DNA from: Octopus vulgaris
Taxonomy: Eukaryota
Assembly (NCBI GenBank): GCA_951406725.2
Contig: OX597839.1
Coordinates: 37,262,001 to 37,326,000 of the forward strand
Direction of reading: 5' to 3'
Length of the DNA stretch: 64,000 nucleotides
Each line of letters begins with the position of its first letter. Within the stretch, counting starts at the first letter, position 1. This document shows positions 24,211-36,830 of this stretch, piece after piece. The translations under genes and the position numbers were made by a program. A model generated the notes under the pieces. The model was given only the letters and a program-made list of their open reading frames with translations, had not been told where the DNA came from and ran no database searches.

Positions 24211-25218
24211 TCTTTCACTTGTTTCAGTCATTTGGCTGTGGCCATGCTGGAGCACCGCCTTTAGTCAAGCAAATTGACTCCAGGACTTATTCTTTGTAAG
24301 CCTAGTACTTATTCTATCAGTCTCTTTTGCCGAACCGCTAAGTTACAGGGACGTAAACACACCAGCATCGGTTGTCAAGCGATGTTGGGGGTAACAAACA
24401 CAGACACACAAACACACACACACACACACACACATATATACATATATACGACGGGCTTCTTTCAGTTTCCATCTACCAAATCCACTCACGAGGCTTTGGT
24501 CGGCTTGAGGCTATAACAGAAGACACTTGCCCAAGGTGCCACACAGTGGGACTGAACCCGGAACCATGTGGTTGGTAAACAAGCTACTTACCACACAGCC
24601 ACCCCTACGCCTATATATATGTATGTATGTATGCATATATGTATGTGTGTGTGTGTGTATATATATTATATAGTTTGAGGAAACCACATCTCACGTAGGA
24701 AGTAGTAGAACAGTCCTCATAATGAACACCTGGAGGACCGCAAAAGACCTGTAGCTGATTGGACTTTGCTGGAGGCACCCAAAGACCAAGGAGTGGTGGC
24801 AATGGTGGTGACGGTGGTAAACAGGGCAGTGGATGGAGTGAACAGTCCATGCACATGTTCAATCTATGTGTTGGGCTTCCATACAGTTTCTATTCACCCA
24901 GTGTGTTTTACTCAATATTATTGTTCCTGTTGTTGCTGTTCAGCAATTAGGGAGAGGATGTGGGAAGGGGCTGACCGAAATTTGGAAAAAAAAAAAAATC
25001 TAAACCACTGTTAAAATGAAAGAATGATGTGATGATGGTGGTGGTGGCGGTGGTGTCAGTGGTGGTGGTCTTTGTAGTAGTGGGTAGTATTTATTGTTGC
25101 TGTTGTCAGTGATGATGATGTTGTCGATGATGTCGGTGACGAGGATGTGACGATGAAGAGGGGGAAAAAAGAAGGGGTTCATGGTTACGCTTTTTTTTTT
25201 TTTTTTTTAAATACAAAG

Positions 25219-25308
25219 TTACACAAAATAAATGGGTTTCTTCACGTTAATTCCATATTCTGCAAGGGCCGGCACGAGGTCATCCATGGACAAGGCATAA
25301 CGTTTATC
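25219..25308 (-). CDS. TAF10: TAF10 last coding exon (DKRYALSMDDLVPALAEYGINVKKPIYFV*)
   Basis: Conserved C-terminal EYGINVKKP-YF, then TAA stop. Confidence 0.97.
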   Translation of the reverse strand, partial: DKRYALSMDDLVPALAEYGINVKKPIYFV

Positions 25309-26255
25309 CTGGAAAACATTGGGAAAAAAAAAAGAGAAAAAAAAACTCATAAAATATAAATAAAAACCTTATCGCAGTTTCAAGATACAACAAAAACGAA
25401 TAATTTACCTGATAGTCATCATCATCATCATCGTTTAATGTCTGCTTTCCATGCTGGCATGGGTTGGATGGTTTGATTGAGGACTGGCAGTACTGGCATC
25501 GACCAGGCTCAAATAGTGCTTTTTAAGTGCCACCAGCATGGGAGTCAGTCAGGTGGCACTGGCAACGACCCACGCTCAAATGGTGCTTTTTACGTCCCAC
25601 CGGCATGGGAGCAAGTCAGGCGGCACTGGCAACAACCCACACTCAAATGGTGCTTTTTACATACCGCAGGCATGGGAGCCAGTCAGGCAGCACTGGCAAT
25701 GGCCACATTCAAACTGTGCTTTTTACATGCCACTGGCATGGGAGCAAGTCAGGTGACACTGGCAGTGGCCACGCTCAAATGGTGCTTTTTACATGTCACC
25801 AGCACGGGAGCCAGTCAGGTGGCACAGGCAATGACCCACGCTCGAATGGTGCTTTTTGTGTGCCACCAGCATGGGAGCCAGTCAGGCGGCACTGGCAACA
25901 GCCACGCTCAAATGGTGCTTTTTACACGCCAAATATCACTCCACATCTGACTACCCCTACTAACCCTACTAAAATGTTCATGTTTAAATCAAAATGTCAA
26001 TTAAAAATACTGTCACACAAATACTAACGAGTGTTCTGTTAATTAACACCAGCACAGGTATAGCTGTGTGGTAAGAAGTTTGCTATCCAACCACATGATT
26101 CCAGGTTCAATCCTACTACACGATACCTTGAGCAGGTCTCTTCTACTATAACCTCAGTATATAATGCAGACAACACACTACTTCCAAAGGATTGAGTCCT
26201 TTACTTTAATATATGTAAGCCATGCTCTTACAAATGACAAACAGACAGGATTTAC

Positions 26256-26367
26256 CTTTCCTTGTTTCTTTGAACTCTGACCTGAAGCTCTCATTTTGCA
26301 GTGCTGGAGGGCATCGTTGACAACATCGGACACAAATTTTTGGGCTGCTACAGAAATCAGACGAACA
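26256..26367 (-). CDS. TAF10: TAF10 exon (VRLISVAAQKFVSDVVNDALQHCKMRASGQSSKKQGK)
   Basis: RLIS-AAQKF-SD--NDALQHCKM motif. 112 nt, phase 2 to 0. Confidence 0.98.
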
Positions 26368-26480
26368 CTGAAAAAGATAAGAAACATTCTGTAATGACCT
26401 TTCAATATATTATGCACACATACACATATTAATGCATGTGTGTATGTATGTACGCACACACACACACACACTACTATATA

Positions 26481-27128
26481 TTGGGTTGGCAACTAAGTTC
26501 CCGCCGTTTTTTTTATTTTTTATTTAAATTTTTTAAAAGGTTTAGTAAAAAATAACAACTAATTAATCAATAATGTATTCACTCTTGTTGTTTACAACTT
26601 CTTCCCAACGTTCAACAAGATTTGTAATACCTCGTTGGTAGAAATCACCCGATTTTGATTTGAAAAATTGATCCAACCAAGCTCTCAATTCTGCATCAGT
26701 ATTGAATGAAACTCCGCGCATAGCATTTGAAAGAGATCAGAAGAGGTGGAAATCCGTTGGTGCCAAATCAGGAGAGTATGGCGGGTGTGGCAGCACTTCC
26801 CAGCCATGTGCTTAAATGGTTTCCTTGGTCATATTGGCGATATGAGGGTGGGCGTTAGCAGAAGAACTCCATGCTGCCGATTAGGTCTTTTTTCTTGAAT
26901 AGCTGTGTTGAGTTGTTCCATCTGTTGAACATAGAGAACCGCGTTGACCATTTGGTTCCGTTCAAGCAATTCATAATGGATAATCCATTCCCAGTCCCAC
27001 CATATGCACAACATCATTTTATGCAAAGATCTTGTTTCATGCGTGGCGTCGCTTGTTTACCGGGGTTAAGCCATTTCTTACACTGCTTCATATTGATGTA
27101 CAGGCACCATTTTTTGTCGCCAGTAATG
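26481..27128 (-). mobile_element. Truncated, decayed mariner transposon (3' half of transposase plus TIR) in a TAF10 intron
   Basis: Translates MLCIWWDW..IIHYELL and PHPPYSPDLAPTDFHLF...ERWEEVVNNKSEYIID, with frameshifts and a stop. TA|TTGGGTTGGCAAC terminus. Confidence 0.93.
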
Positions 27129-27384
27129 ATTCAGGGACATAAACACACCAACATCGGTTGTCAAGAGAGAGTGGGGGGACCACATATATATATATACATA
27201 CATACACAAGCTTCTTTCAGTTTCCGTCTACCAAATCCATTCAGAAGGCTTTGGACGGCCCGAGGCTATAGTAGAGGACAGTTGCCCAAGGTGCCACGCA
27301 GTGGGACTGTACCTGGAACCATGTGGTTAGTAAGCAGACTACTTACCACACAGCCACTCCTACGCCTGGGCAATAAACACTGAA

Positions 27385-28398
27385 AACGTACAGAAAACAG
27401 ATTCCATCACATGCAGGGGAAGCAACTAGAAGTAGTTGATAGCTTCTGCTACCTAGGCAACCAAGTCTGTAGTGGGGGTGGTTGCTCTGAGAGTGTAGCG
27501 ACTAGAGTAAGAATAGCCTGGGCAAAGTTCAGGGAGCTCCTACCTCTGCTGGTAACTAAGGGTCTCTCGCTCAGAGTGAAATGTAGACTGTATGATGTAT
27601 ACGAACTGCCATGCTACACGGCAGTGAAACATGGGCCGTGAATGCTGAGGACATGCGTAGGCTTGAAAGAAATGAGGCTAGTGTGCTCTGCTGGATGTGT
27701 AATATCAATGTGCATACACGACAGAATGGAAGTGCCCTGAGAGAAAAGTTGGGTGTAAGAAGCATCAAATGTGGAGTGCAAGAGAGGCAACTGTGCTGGT
27801 AAGGCCATGTGTTACGTATGGATGAAGACAACTGTGTGAGGAAGTGCCACCCCCTAACTGTGGAAGGAACCTGTGGAAAAGGTAGACCCAGGAAGGCATG
27901 GGATGAGGTGGTGAAGCATGACCTTTGAACACTGGGCCTCGCAGAGGCGATGGCAGGAGACCATTACCTTTGGAGATATACTGTGATTGAGAAGACCTGA
28001 CAACTAAAGTGAGATCGCAGCCATGCACGTCCAGCCCTGTTAAGAATACTCCTGATGCATCGGGCAATATGATATGCTTGAGAAGACCTGTTAAGTCAAA
28101 TAAAACCAATATTGTAGCTGGGGACGATGCCGCCTGACTGGCTCCCGTGCCGATGGCACACAAAAAACATCATCTGAATGTGGTCGATGCCAGGTCCACC
28201 TTACTGGCCGCTGTGCTGGTGGCATGTAAAAAGTACTCACTACACTCTTGGAGTGGTTGGCGTTAGGAAGGGCATCCAGCTGTAGAAACTCTGCCAGACC
28301 AGATTGGAGCCTGGTGCAGCTGCTGGCTCTCCAGACACAGTCAAACTGTCCAACCCATGCCAGCATGGAAAACGGACGTTAATCAATGATGATGATGA
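27385..28398 (+). mobile_element. 5'-truncated RTE-clade LINE: RT C-terminus, 3' UTR and (GAT)n tail
   Basis: LEVVDSFCYLG...RVRIAWAKFRELLPLL, MLHGSETW, GHVLRMD, GRPRKAW motifs with frameshifts; runs directly into the abundant 3'-tail repeat. Confidence 0.9.
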
Positions 28399-28657
28399 TA
28401 TATATATATATATATAAGATAAAGTTAAAAAAATGGATTTGTATTTTTACTACATGATGTATCTTTTGTTACTTCTAGAACTGGAATTGTGAAGTACTTG
28501 TCATCTTTTCAAAATTGTTCCAATGTCGTTATGGAGGAAAGCAATATTATCAATTGATTAATTAACTAATTAATATATGAATGTTCTCTCATAGTATTCT
28601 ACTAGTCAATTAGATGCTAGAAGCTACTGAACTAATGACCAAAATCAATGTGAGTGG

Positions 28658-28701
<44 letters not shown>

Positions 28702-29939
28702 TTAAAGGATACAATACATATCTGTTTTTTCAGTTCATTATGGATATGTGGTTTATGCCTGAAGAATACGTTTGAGATACTTCTCAATATATGAAACTAT
28801 TAAAAACACTTAAAGACATGTATTACGTCCTTTAAATAAATAATATGTATCTCTCACCAGGCGGAGTACTTTTATAATTGAATCACAGAGCAGCACATTA
28901 TACATATACATATATATATCAGTGCATGTGTGTCTATGTATGTGTTTGTTGCCACCACCACCTGACAACCTGTGTTGGTTTGTTCACATCCCTGTAACTC
29001 AGTGGTATGGTAAAAAGAGTCCAATAGAACAAGTGCCAGGTTTTTAAAAAAATAAAGTACCAGAGTCAATTCATTGAACTAAAACCCTTCCAGGCGTTGC
29101 TCCACCATGGCCACAATGCAATGTCTGGAACAAGTAAAAGATGAAGGATGAACACAAGAGTTCTGCATGAGCTACTCTAAGTTTCATAGGGGAAGAGTGC
29201 AGTAATTGGGTGTCTCGTCCAATCTGAAATGGCCCACTCCACCTCATCATAATACCTCTCCTTTCAACATGGTAACAACATAACTTTGTGTGATCCTAAG
29301 TCTACCTGCCATGTTGCTGACCACTTTACAAGTATCTCTATCAATTTTTACTTTTTCATTATCTTTTTAATTTTTTTATTAGCAGCATTTAAATGTCAAC
29401 CCTTCAATGTTTTGTACAGAGGTGAAACAGGCTGACATTTGATAGACTGCATCAGAGAGCACTTGAATCCCCAGTGTTCCTTAAACTCACGACTCACAAG
29501 CCCGCCTCCCCAGGACCACTCCCACAAACATCTGTCTGCTTTCAGATTACTCCAACACCACCGTCTCTCTTCCTCTCCATCAACAAAAATTTATTTTCAC
29601 ATTGACACATCCTCTCCCTTGGGCATCAACAACCATTTGCATTTCTTTTAATTCTCTTTTTTCCCCAACAAGTGCAAACACCCCCACAGACATCCAGATC
29701 ATATTTTCCAGCACACAATTTGACACAGCAAATAGTGTCAACAAGTAAACATTCAAACATCATCATTAGTGGCTGTGTGGTAAGTAGCTTGCTTACCAAC
29801 CACATGATTCCGGGTTCATTCCCACTACGTGGCACCCTTGGGAAAGTGTCTTCTACTATAGCCTTGGGTCGACCAAAGCCTTGTGAGTGGATTTGGTAGA
29901 CGGAAACTGAAAGAAGCCCGTCGTATGTATGTATGTATG

Positions 29940-29999
<60 letters not shown>

Positions 30000-31631
30000 C
30001 ATATATGTTTGTGTGTCTGTGTTTGTCCCACCAACATCGCTTGACAACCGATGCTGGTGTGTTTATGTCCCCGTAACTTAGCGCTTCAGCAAAAGAGGCC
30101 GATAGAATAAGTACTAGGCTTACAAAGAATAAGTCATGCGGTCGATTTGTTCGACTAATGGTGGTGCTCCAGCATGGACATAGTCAACTGACTAAAACAA
30201 GTAAAAGAGTAAAAAGAGAGTATTATCTATCCAAATCTTGCTGCATTTCACATGAAACTGTTGGTCTTCTGAAGTTGTCTTGTGTAAGTCAACCAACTTT
30301 TTTTGGTTGTAAATTTTGGTCTAAAAAATTCAACTTGCATGCCAGAAATTATGATACCCAAATCAAATAACACACACACACACACACATCACCTTTACTG
30401 TGGCTTACTGTTTTTTTGTGTGTTTTTTTTTTAAACATGATCAACATTTTGCCCATCACCTATCTTCACTCAGATACCATATACCTGTGTACCAACTGCC
30501 TTCATCTGGCAACCATCTATTTCTACTCTCCTATATTCAATAAACAACATACCTACCCAGTAATCATCTCCACTCTCCAGAAACCACATACCTAACCATC
30601 CACTAACCATTGCCACTATCCAATAACTACATACCTAACCACTCACTCACTTCCTTCCTTCATTCTTACCAGGACTCCTACATAGCAACACACGGAATGC
30701 TAGCAATTTTCTCTCTACTCTGTCTTGATCAAGAGCCTGAGTTGAAAACATTAATCATTTTTTTTTCCCTTTCCTAACAGCAATTGCCTTACATTTAGAT
30801 TTATTTTTAATTAATTTTAATAGCTACCACATTTCTTTTGGATCACTTGTAGCTAACACACCTACCTACACTAGATTCCTCCAACACTGAACTTAATACC
30901 ACCACCACCACCATCATTACTACTACAAATTCATTTTATCCATAGTTAGATGATGATGATGATCATCATCATTTAACGTCCGCCTTCCATGCTAGCATGG
31001 GTTGGACGGTTCAACTGGGGTCTGGGGAGCCCGAAGGCTGCACCAGGCCAGTCAGATCTGGCAGTGTTTCTACAGCTGGATGCCCTTCCTAACGCCAACC
31101 ACTCCGAGAGTATAGTGGGTGATTTTATGTGCCACCGACACAGGTGCCAGACGAGGCTGGCGAACGGCCACGCTCGGATGGTGTTTTTATGTGCACCGAC
31201 ACAGGTGCCAGACGAGGCTGGCAGACGGCCACGCTCGGATGGTGTTTTTTATGCGCCACCGACACAGGTGCCAGATGAGACTGGCGAACGGCCACGATCG
31301 GATGGTGTTTGTTACGTGCCCACAGCACGGAGGCTGGTAAAAATTAAAAAAAGAACAAGAGAGAGAGAGATCAGAACTCAAAACTGAGGTGAAGAATGGA
31401 CAAATACAGCAGGACAATTAGGTGTGACAACCAGCTGGGTGACATTTAGCGTAACATCTTACTGTATGTGACAGTATGACATCATAGGCGCAGGAATGGC
31501 TGTGTGGTAAGTAGCTTGCTAACCAACCACATGGTTCTGGGTTCAGTCCCACTGCGTGGCATCTTGGGCAAGTGTCTTCTGCTATAGCCTTGTGAGTGGA
31601 TTTGGTAGACGGAAACTGAAAGAAGCCTGTC

Positions 31632-31664
<33 letters not shown>

Positions 31665-32076
31665 CGCAATGGCCTAGTGGTTAGGGCAGCGGACTCGCGG
31701 TCGCAGGATCGCGGTTTCGATTCTCAGACCGGGGGTTGTGTGTGTTTATTGAGCGAAAACACCTAAAAGCTCTACGAGGCTCCGGCAGGGGGTGGTGATC
31801 CCTGCTGTACTCTTTCACCACAATGGCGGTGCCCCAGCATGGCCACAGCTCAAGAGCTGAAACTGGAAAAACAAAAAACAAAAAACAAATATATATATAG
31901 GTTATAAAATGAGATAGGGGTTGAAAATTCAACCCACCATGGGATAATACATTTACTGTATATTTTGTATAATGCCTTTACTGATATGTAATGGTGTAAT
32001 AAAGTATTGATTGGGTATCATCTGATAGTTGATGTTTTATTGATTTAAGTATGTTTCTCCATTTTCTAATTTTGTA

Positions 32077-32124
<48 letters not shown>

Positions 32125-32965
32125 GTGTGTGTATATATTTGTGTGTCTGTGTTTGTCCCTCTAGCATTGCTTGACAAGCGGTGCTGGTGTGTTTACGTCC
32201 CCGGTTTGGCAAAAAGAGACCGATAGAATAAGTACTGGGCTTACAAAGAATAAGTCCCGGGGTCAATTTGCTCGACTAAAGGCAGTGCTCCAGCATGGCT
32301 GCAGTCAAATGACAGAAACAAGAGTAAACGAGTATACTCTGTGTGACATTGTGTCATTCTACTATGGCTCTGGGCTGACCAAAATCTTGTGAGTAGTTTT
32401 GGAAGATTGAAACTGAAAGAAGCCTGGTGTGTTCATGTGTGAGTGTGTGTGTGAGCATATGTATGTGTGTGTGTGTTTCTATCTCCTTATCTTGACATTG
32501 CAGGGTTGTGAAACAAGTATCACCACAACACAAGGTATTCATTCATTTCCAGTCATTCAAGAAAACGTGCCTGTCCACGGGGGAACGTCACCTTACTTGA
32601 AAAACAGACAAGGGTTGGCAACAGGAAGGACACACCTGGCCAAAGAAATTCTGTTTCAATGAATTCTGCCTGACCTATGCAAGGATAGAAAAGCAGGTGT
32701 TTAAACAACGATAAATGAACAGGATGGTCATGACTGAAATTACCTTTGATTAAGGTCCAGCCGGATCGGGGTTCATATGTGCTGGGGTGGGGGTGAAAAA
32801 CGAAGGCAAACAACAACAGGGATCTACGATATCGAATTCCAGTCTCTACTGGCAACGTTGCTGTATTTAGCCATTTTATCAGCCCTAGAAGGAGCCTCTA
32901 TATGGACATTCAACCTGCTAGAAACAGCAACCAAATCTCACACAACTCAAACATTACTGTCTTAA

Positions 32966-33187
32966 CCCTTTCGTTACAGTATTTAATATTGAGATGCTTT
33001 GTGTTTCTTTCAATGAATTTTAAATATAACAAAGAATTTAGTAAAATAACTTAGTTCTCATTAAGCTAGTGTTAGGAACATAAATTGTGACTAAGGTTTG
33101 GTGGAAGATTTTAATTCAGAACTTAAGAAAACAAGACATTTGTACTCAGAGCCAGAGCTGGTTTCAGCCAGGTTAGTAACAAAAGGG
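32966..33187. mobile_element. piggyBac-type MITE family A, copy 4
   Basis: TTAA TSD, same internal sequence. Confidence 0.85.
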
Positions 33188-33479
33188 TTAAAGGACTCAA
33201 TTAATAATAGAATTCTGTATATGCTTCACCTGAAAGAAAGAAAATAAATGTCATGGTCGGAGGGTCTTTGGGTGAAGGTTTGCTAAATCAGGAAGTAGCA
33301 TGAGGGAAAACAAAGGGCAGTAGTGGACCCCAAACATGCCAAAGATCCACCAGGAGTTTGGCATTTTGGGTGGGTTGATACAGTATTTCAATAAGGTCCC
33401 TAAGGGTTTTAGTTCAAGAAGGGTCAAGCTGGGCAGACTTAACATTATCACTACCACTATCAATACACTACCTATACCT

Positions 33480-33710
33480 ATTTCTTTACTACCCACAAGG
33501 GGCTAAACACAGAGGGGACAAACAAGGACAGACATAGGTATTAAGTCGATTACATCGACCCCAGTGCGTAACTGGTACTTAATTTATCGACCCCAAAAGG
33601 ATGAAAGGCAAAGTCGACCTCGGCGGAATTTGAACTCACAACGTAACAGCAGACGAAATACCGCTAAGCATTTCGCCCGGCGTGCTAACCTTTCTGCCAG
33701 CTCGCCGCCT
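33480..33710 (-). mobile_element. SINE with Deu/Nin-type core (representative copy)
   Basis: tRNA-like head (GAGTTCAAATTCC B box) and GCCTTTCATCCTTT-GGGGTCGATAAAT-AGTACC core. Other copies at ~7835-8062, 12334-12522, 13389-13600, 19656-19877, 21393-21619, 35121-35352 and 52791-53017. Confidence 0.85.
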
Positions 33711-36589
33711 TATACACTACCTATACCATCGCTATCACCACCACACTGTCGTACCACTACTGCTACTGTCATGACTACCACCTGCACCAATACACCACCA
33801 CCACCACCACTGCTGCCACCACACAGCCAATAATACAAATGTCCACAATTACTAACACTACAGCAACTACTACTACTACTACTATCACCACAGCAACTAC
33901 CTCTACCACCACCACTACCCACTTACACTAATTACAACACACAACCACCACCACCACTACAACAACAATCTACTTAGTGAAAAGTCACATACAAGCATAC
34001 ACACACATACATGCAATGACAGGCTGCACACAATCACAGACTGGCACACACACACACACAGAGTTACAAGTCATATGCACACAATTACACGTGAGCACAA
34101 ACATGCAATCACACACATGCAATGACTGGTTGCATACAATCACACACTCATTCAGACACACACACACACACACAATTACAGGCAACAAGCACACACACAC
34201 ACACACACACAAAAACAAACACTGACCTTAAAGTTGTTAATGCAAGCTTTCATTAGAGTGAAACAAAAACATTGAGTGTCTATGTACGTACGTGCCACTC
34301 TGTGCGTGTCTTTCCCCCTCCCCTCCTCTCTACATTATCTCTCCTCCCCCCCCACCGCCGCCTTCATCATTCATTACCAACAATGGAATATATGATGATT
34401 ATATCATAATAGTTCATCAGTTAATGAAGTCTCTACTAAAACTAGTACTGCCAACAAGCGGACAGAAATACCAGGCACACAGCATTTATGTGCGTGTCTG
34501 TGTGTGTGATTATTAGGGGCAGAAGCATTAATACCAAAAGGTAATATTTATCCCCCACTTAAAAAATGGTAATGGAAATTGCAGCTGTTGATACCAGTGC
34601 CGGTGGTACGTAAGAAAACCATCCGAACGTGGCCGTTGCCAGTGCCGACCCGACTGGCCTCGTGCCAGTGGCACGTAAAAAGCACCATCCAATCGTGGCT
34701 GTTGCCAGCCTCGCCTGGCCCCCGTGCCAGTGGCACATAAAAAGCAGCCACTACACTCACAGAGTTGTTGGCATTAGGAAGGGCATCCTGCTGTAGAAAC
34801 ATCTACCAGATCAGACTGGGTGCAGCCTTCTGGCTTCCCAGACCCCAGTTGAACCGTCCAACCCATGCTAGCATGGAAAGTGGACACTAAACAATGATGA
34901 TGATTGTAATATTCTGTGGTCTAACACAACATCCACTTTTAAGTGGGGGTAAATGTGTGTGCGTGCGTGCGTGTGTATGTGTGTGTATGTATGTACAATA
35001 TATATGTACCCTTTCTCCACCTTTCATAATACCCCGATCTTAAAATTTTCCCAAGACAACCACAACTTTTAGGACTTCAATTTAAAACTTAGTTTTTGAT
35101 AATCCATATTTAAAATTACCTATTTCATTATTACCCACAAGGGGCTAAACACAGAGGGGACAAACAAGGACAGACATAGGTATTAAGTCGATTACATCGA
35201 CCCCAGTGCGTAACTGATACTTAATTTATCGACCCCGAAAGGATGAAAGGTAAAGTCGACCTCAGTGGAATTTGAACTCACAACGTAACGGCAGACGAAA
35301 TACCGCTAAGCATTTCGCCCGGCGTGCTAATGTTTCTGCCAGCTCACCGCCTTTTTAAAATTTACCACCACCACCACCTCTACCTTTACCACAACCATCA
35401 CCACCACTAATCCTACAACCATCTCTGCTACCATTCCCAACACCACCACCACAATGTTAAATAAAGAACCCTTTTTTTTTGGTTTTTAAAGCTTAACTCC
35501 TATTCCAAACACACAGTCTGATAATGAAACAGAAAGTTTGTTTGAATTTCGCAAATCCCTTCGAAATTATTAATTACTTCCAAAGTAAACTGAAAGACGT
35601 ACAATGTGGGGGAGGTGGGGGGGAGCACGATATATTACCGTTGTTATTGTTAAGAGAAATATGGTAGTAAACAGGGGGGTAAGGTTAGGAGAATAATTTA
35701 ACAGCAGCAACCATTAAAATAGCTGCCATCTGTTTCTGTTCTGACACAGATGGTAGACTAGAATCAATAATTACTGAAGCAGCTTCAATGTGGTAGCTCA
35801 GATTGCTAGAAACAACAACCAGTCTTTTTCAAACCACATCATCCTTCAACTGTCTTCAGTCATCATCATCATTTTTATGTCCACTTTTCCACACTTGCAA
35901 GAGTCAGATGCACACACACAAACACACACACACAATGGGCTTCTTTCAGTTTCCTTCTATCGATTCCTCTCACAAGGATTTAGTCAGTCTGCAAGCTATA
36001 TAGATGTCCAAGGTTCCATGCAGTGGGACTGAACCTGAAGCCATGCGGTTGGGAAGCAAACTTCTTAGCCACACAGCCATGGCCTGTGCCTGTGAGGACG
36101 AAAACACTAAATAGTGTAGTCTTTGGGATTGTCATGGATGGAATGTCTTTGATCATAGGTTTACTAGATCAAGGCAGATGTAAGTGAACCTCGGACTACC
36201 TTATCTAATGTTAACCTTCTTTCTTATTGTTTCAGCCCTGGTCAGCTATGACCCAATCGATTTATGATTACAAGTGTTCCGGACATGACCATCCCATCTT
36301 TTATTCAGACATATGCACCTTGGACTACAACAATCTAATGTATCATTGTTTGTCACTGTCTAGTCCTTGGTCAGTACTACTCTAGTATAAAACTATGATC
36401 AAAGATGTTCTAGCCATGATCACTCCATCATTTTTTCATAGTGTATCTAGGACTACATGTTCTAAATGTGTCTCCCCTTGTTGCTGCTGTTCTTAGTCCC
36501 AGATCAACCTTTATTTGAAGACATTCCAAATACGGCCAACCAATCTTTCATTCATGTACAGTGTATCTAGGACTAACCGATGGAAGGTC

Positions 36590-36830
36590 ACTGCATGCAT
36601 GCACCCCCCTACACACACACAGCTGATGGGAGGTCTCACACACGTACCTGATGGGATGTCACACATATACCTGATGGAAGGTCGCTGCATGCATGCACAT
36701 CCCCCCCTACACACACACACAGCTGATGGGAGGCCTCACACACGTACCTGATGGGATGTCACACATATACCTGATGGAAGGTCGCTGCACGCATGCACAT
36801 ACCCTCCCCCCCACACACAGCTGATGGGAG
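36590..36830. repeat. ~102-bp tandem duplication, ~2.3 copies
   Basis: ACACAGCTGATGGGAGG...CACACGTACCTGATGGGATGTC repeated. Confidence 0.85.

Noticed and set aside
25495-25928. CRISPR-like appearance of regularly spaced hairpin repeats
   Set aside because: The spacers are homologous to each other, the context is eukaryotic, and there are no cas genes; it is a tandem module of a LINE 3' UTR.
31662-31740. tRNA-like sequence (also ~2740-2815 and ~38276-38350)
   Set aside because: Acceptor and anticodon stems do not pair properly and each continues into a SINE body.
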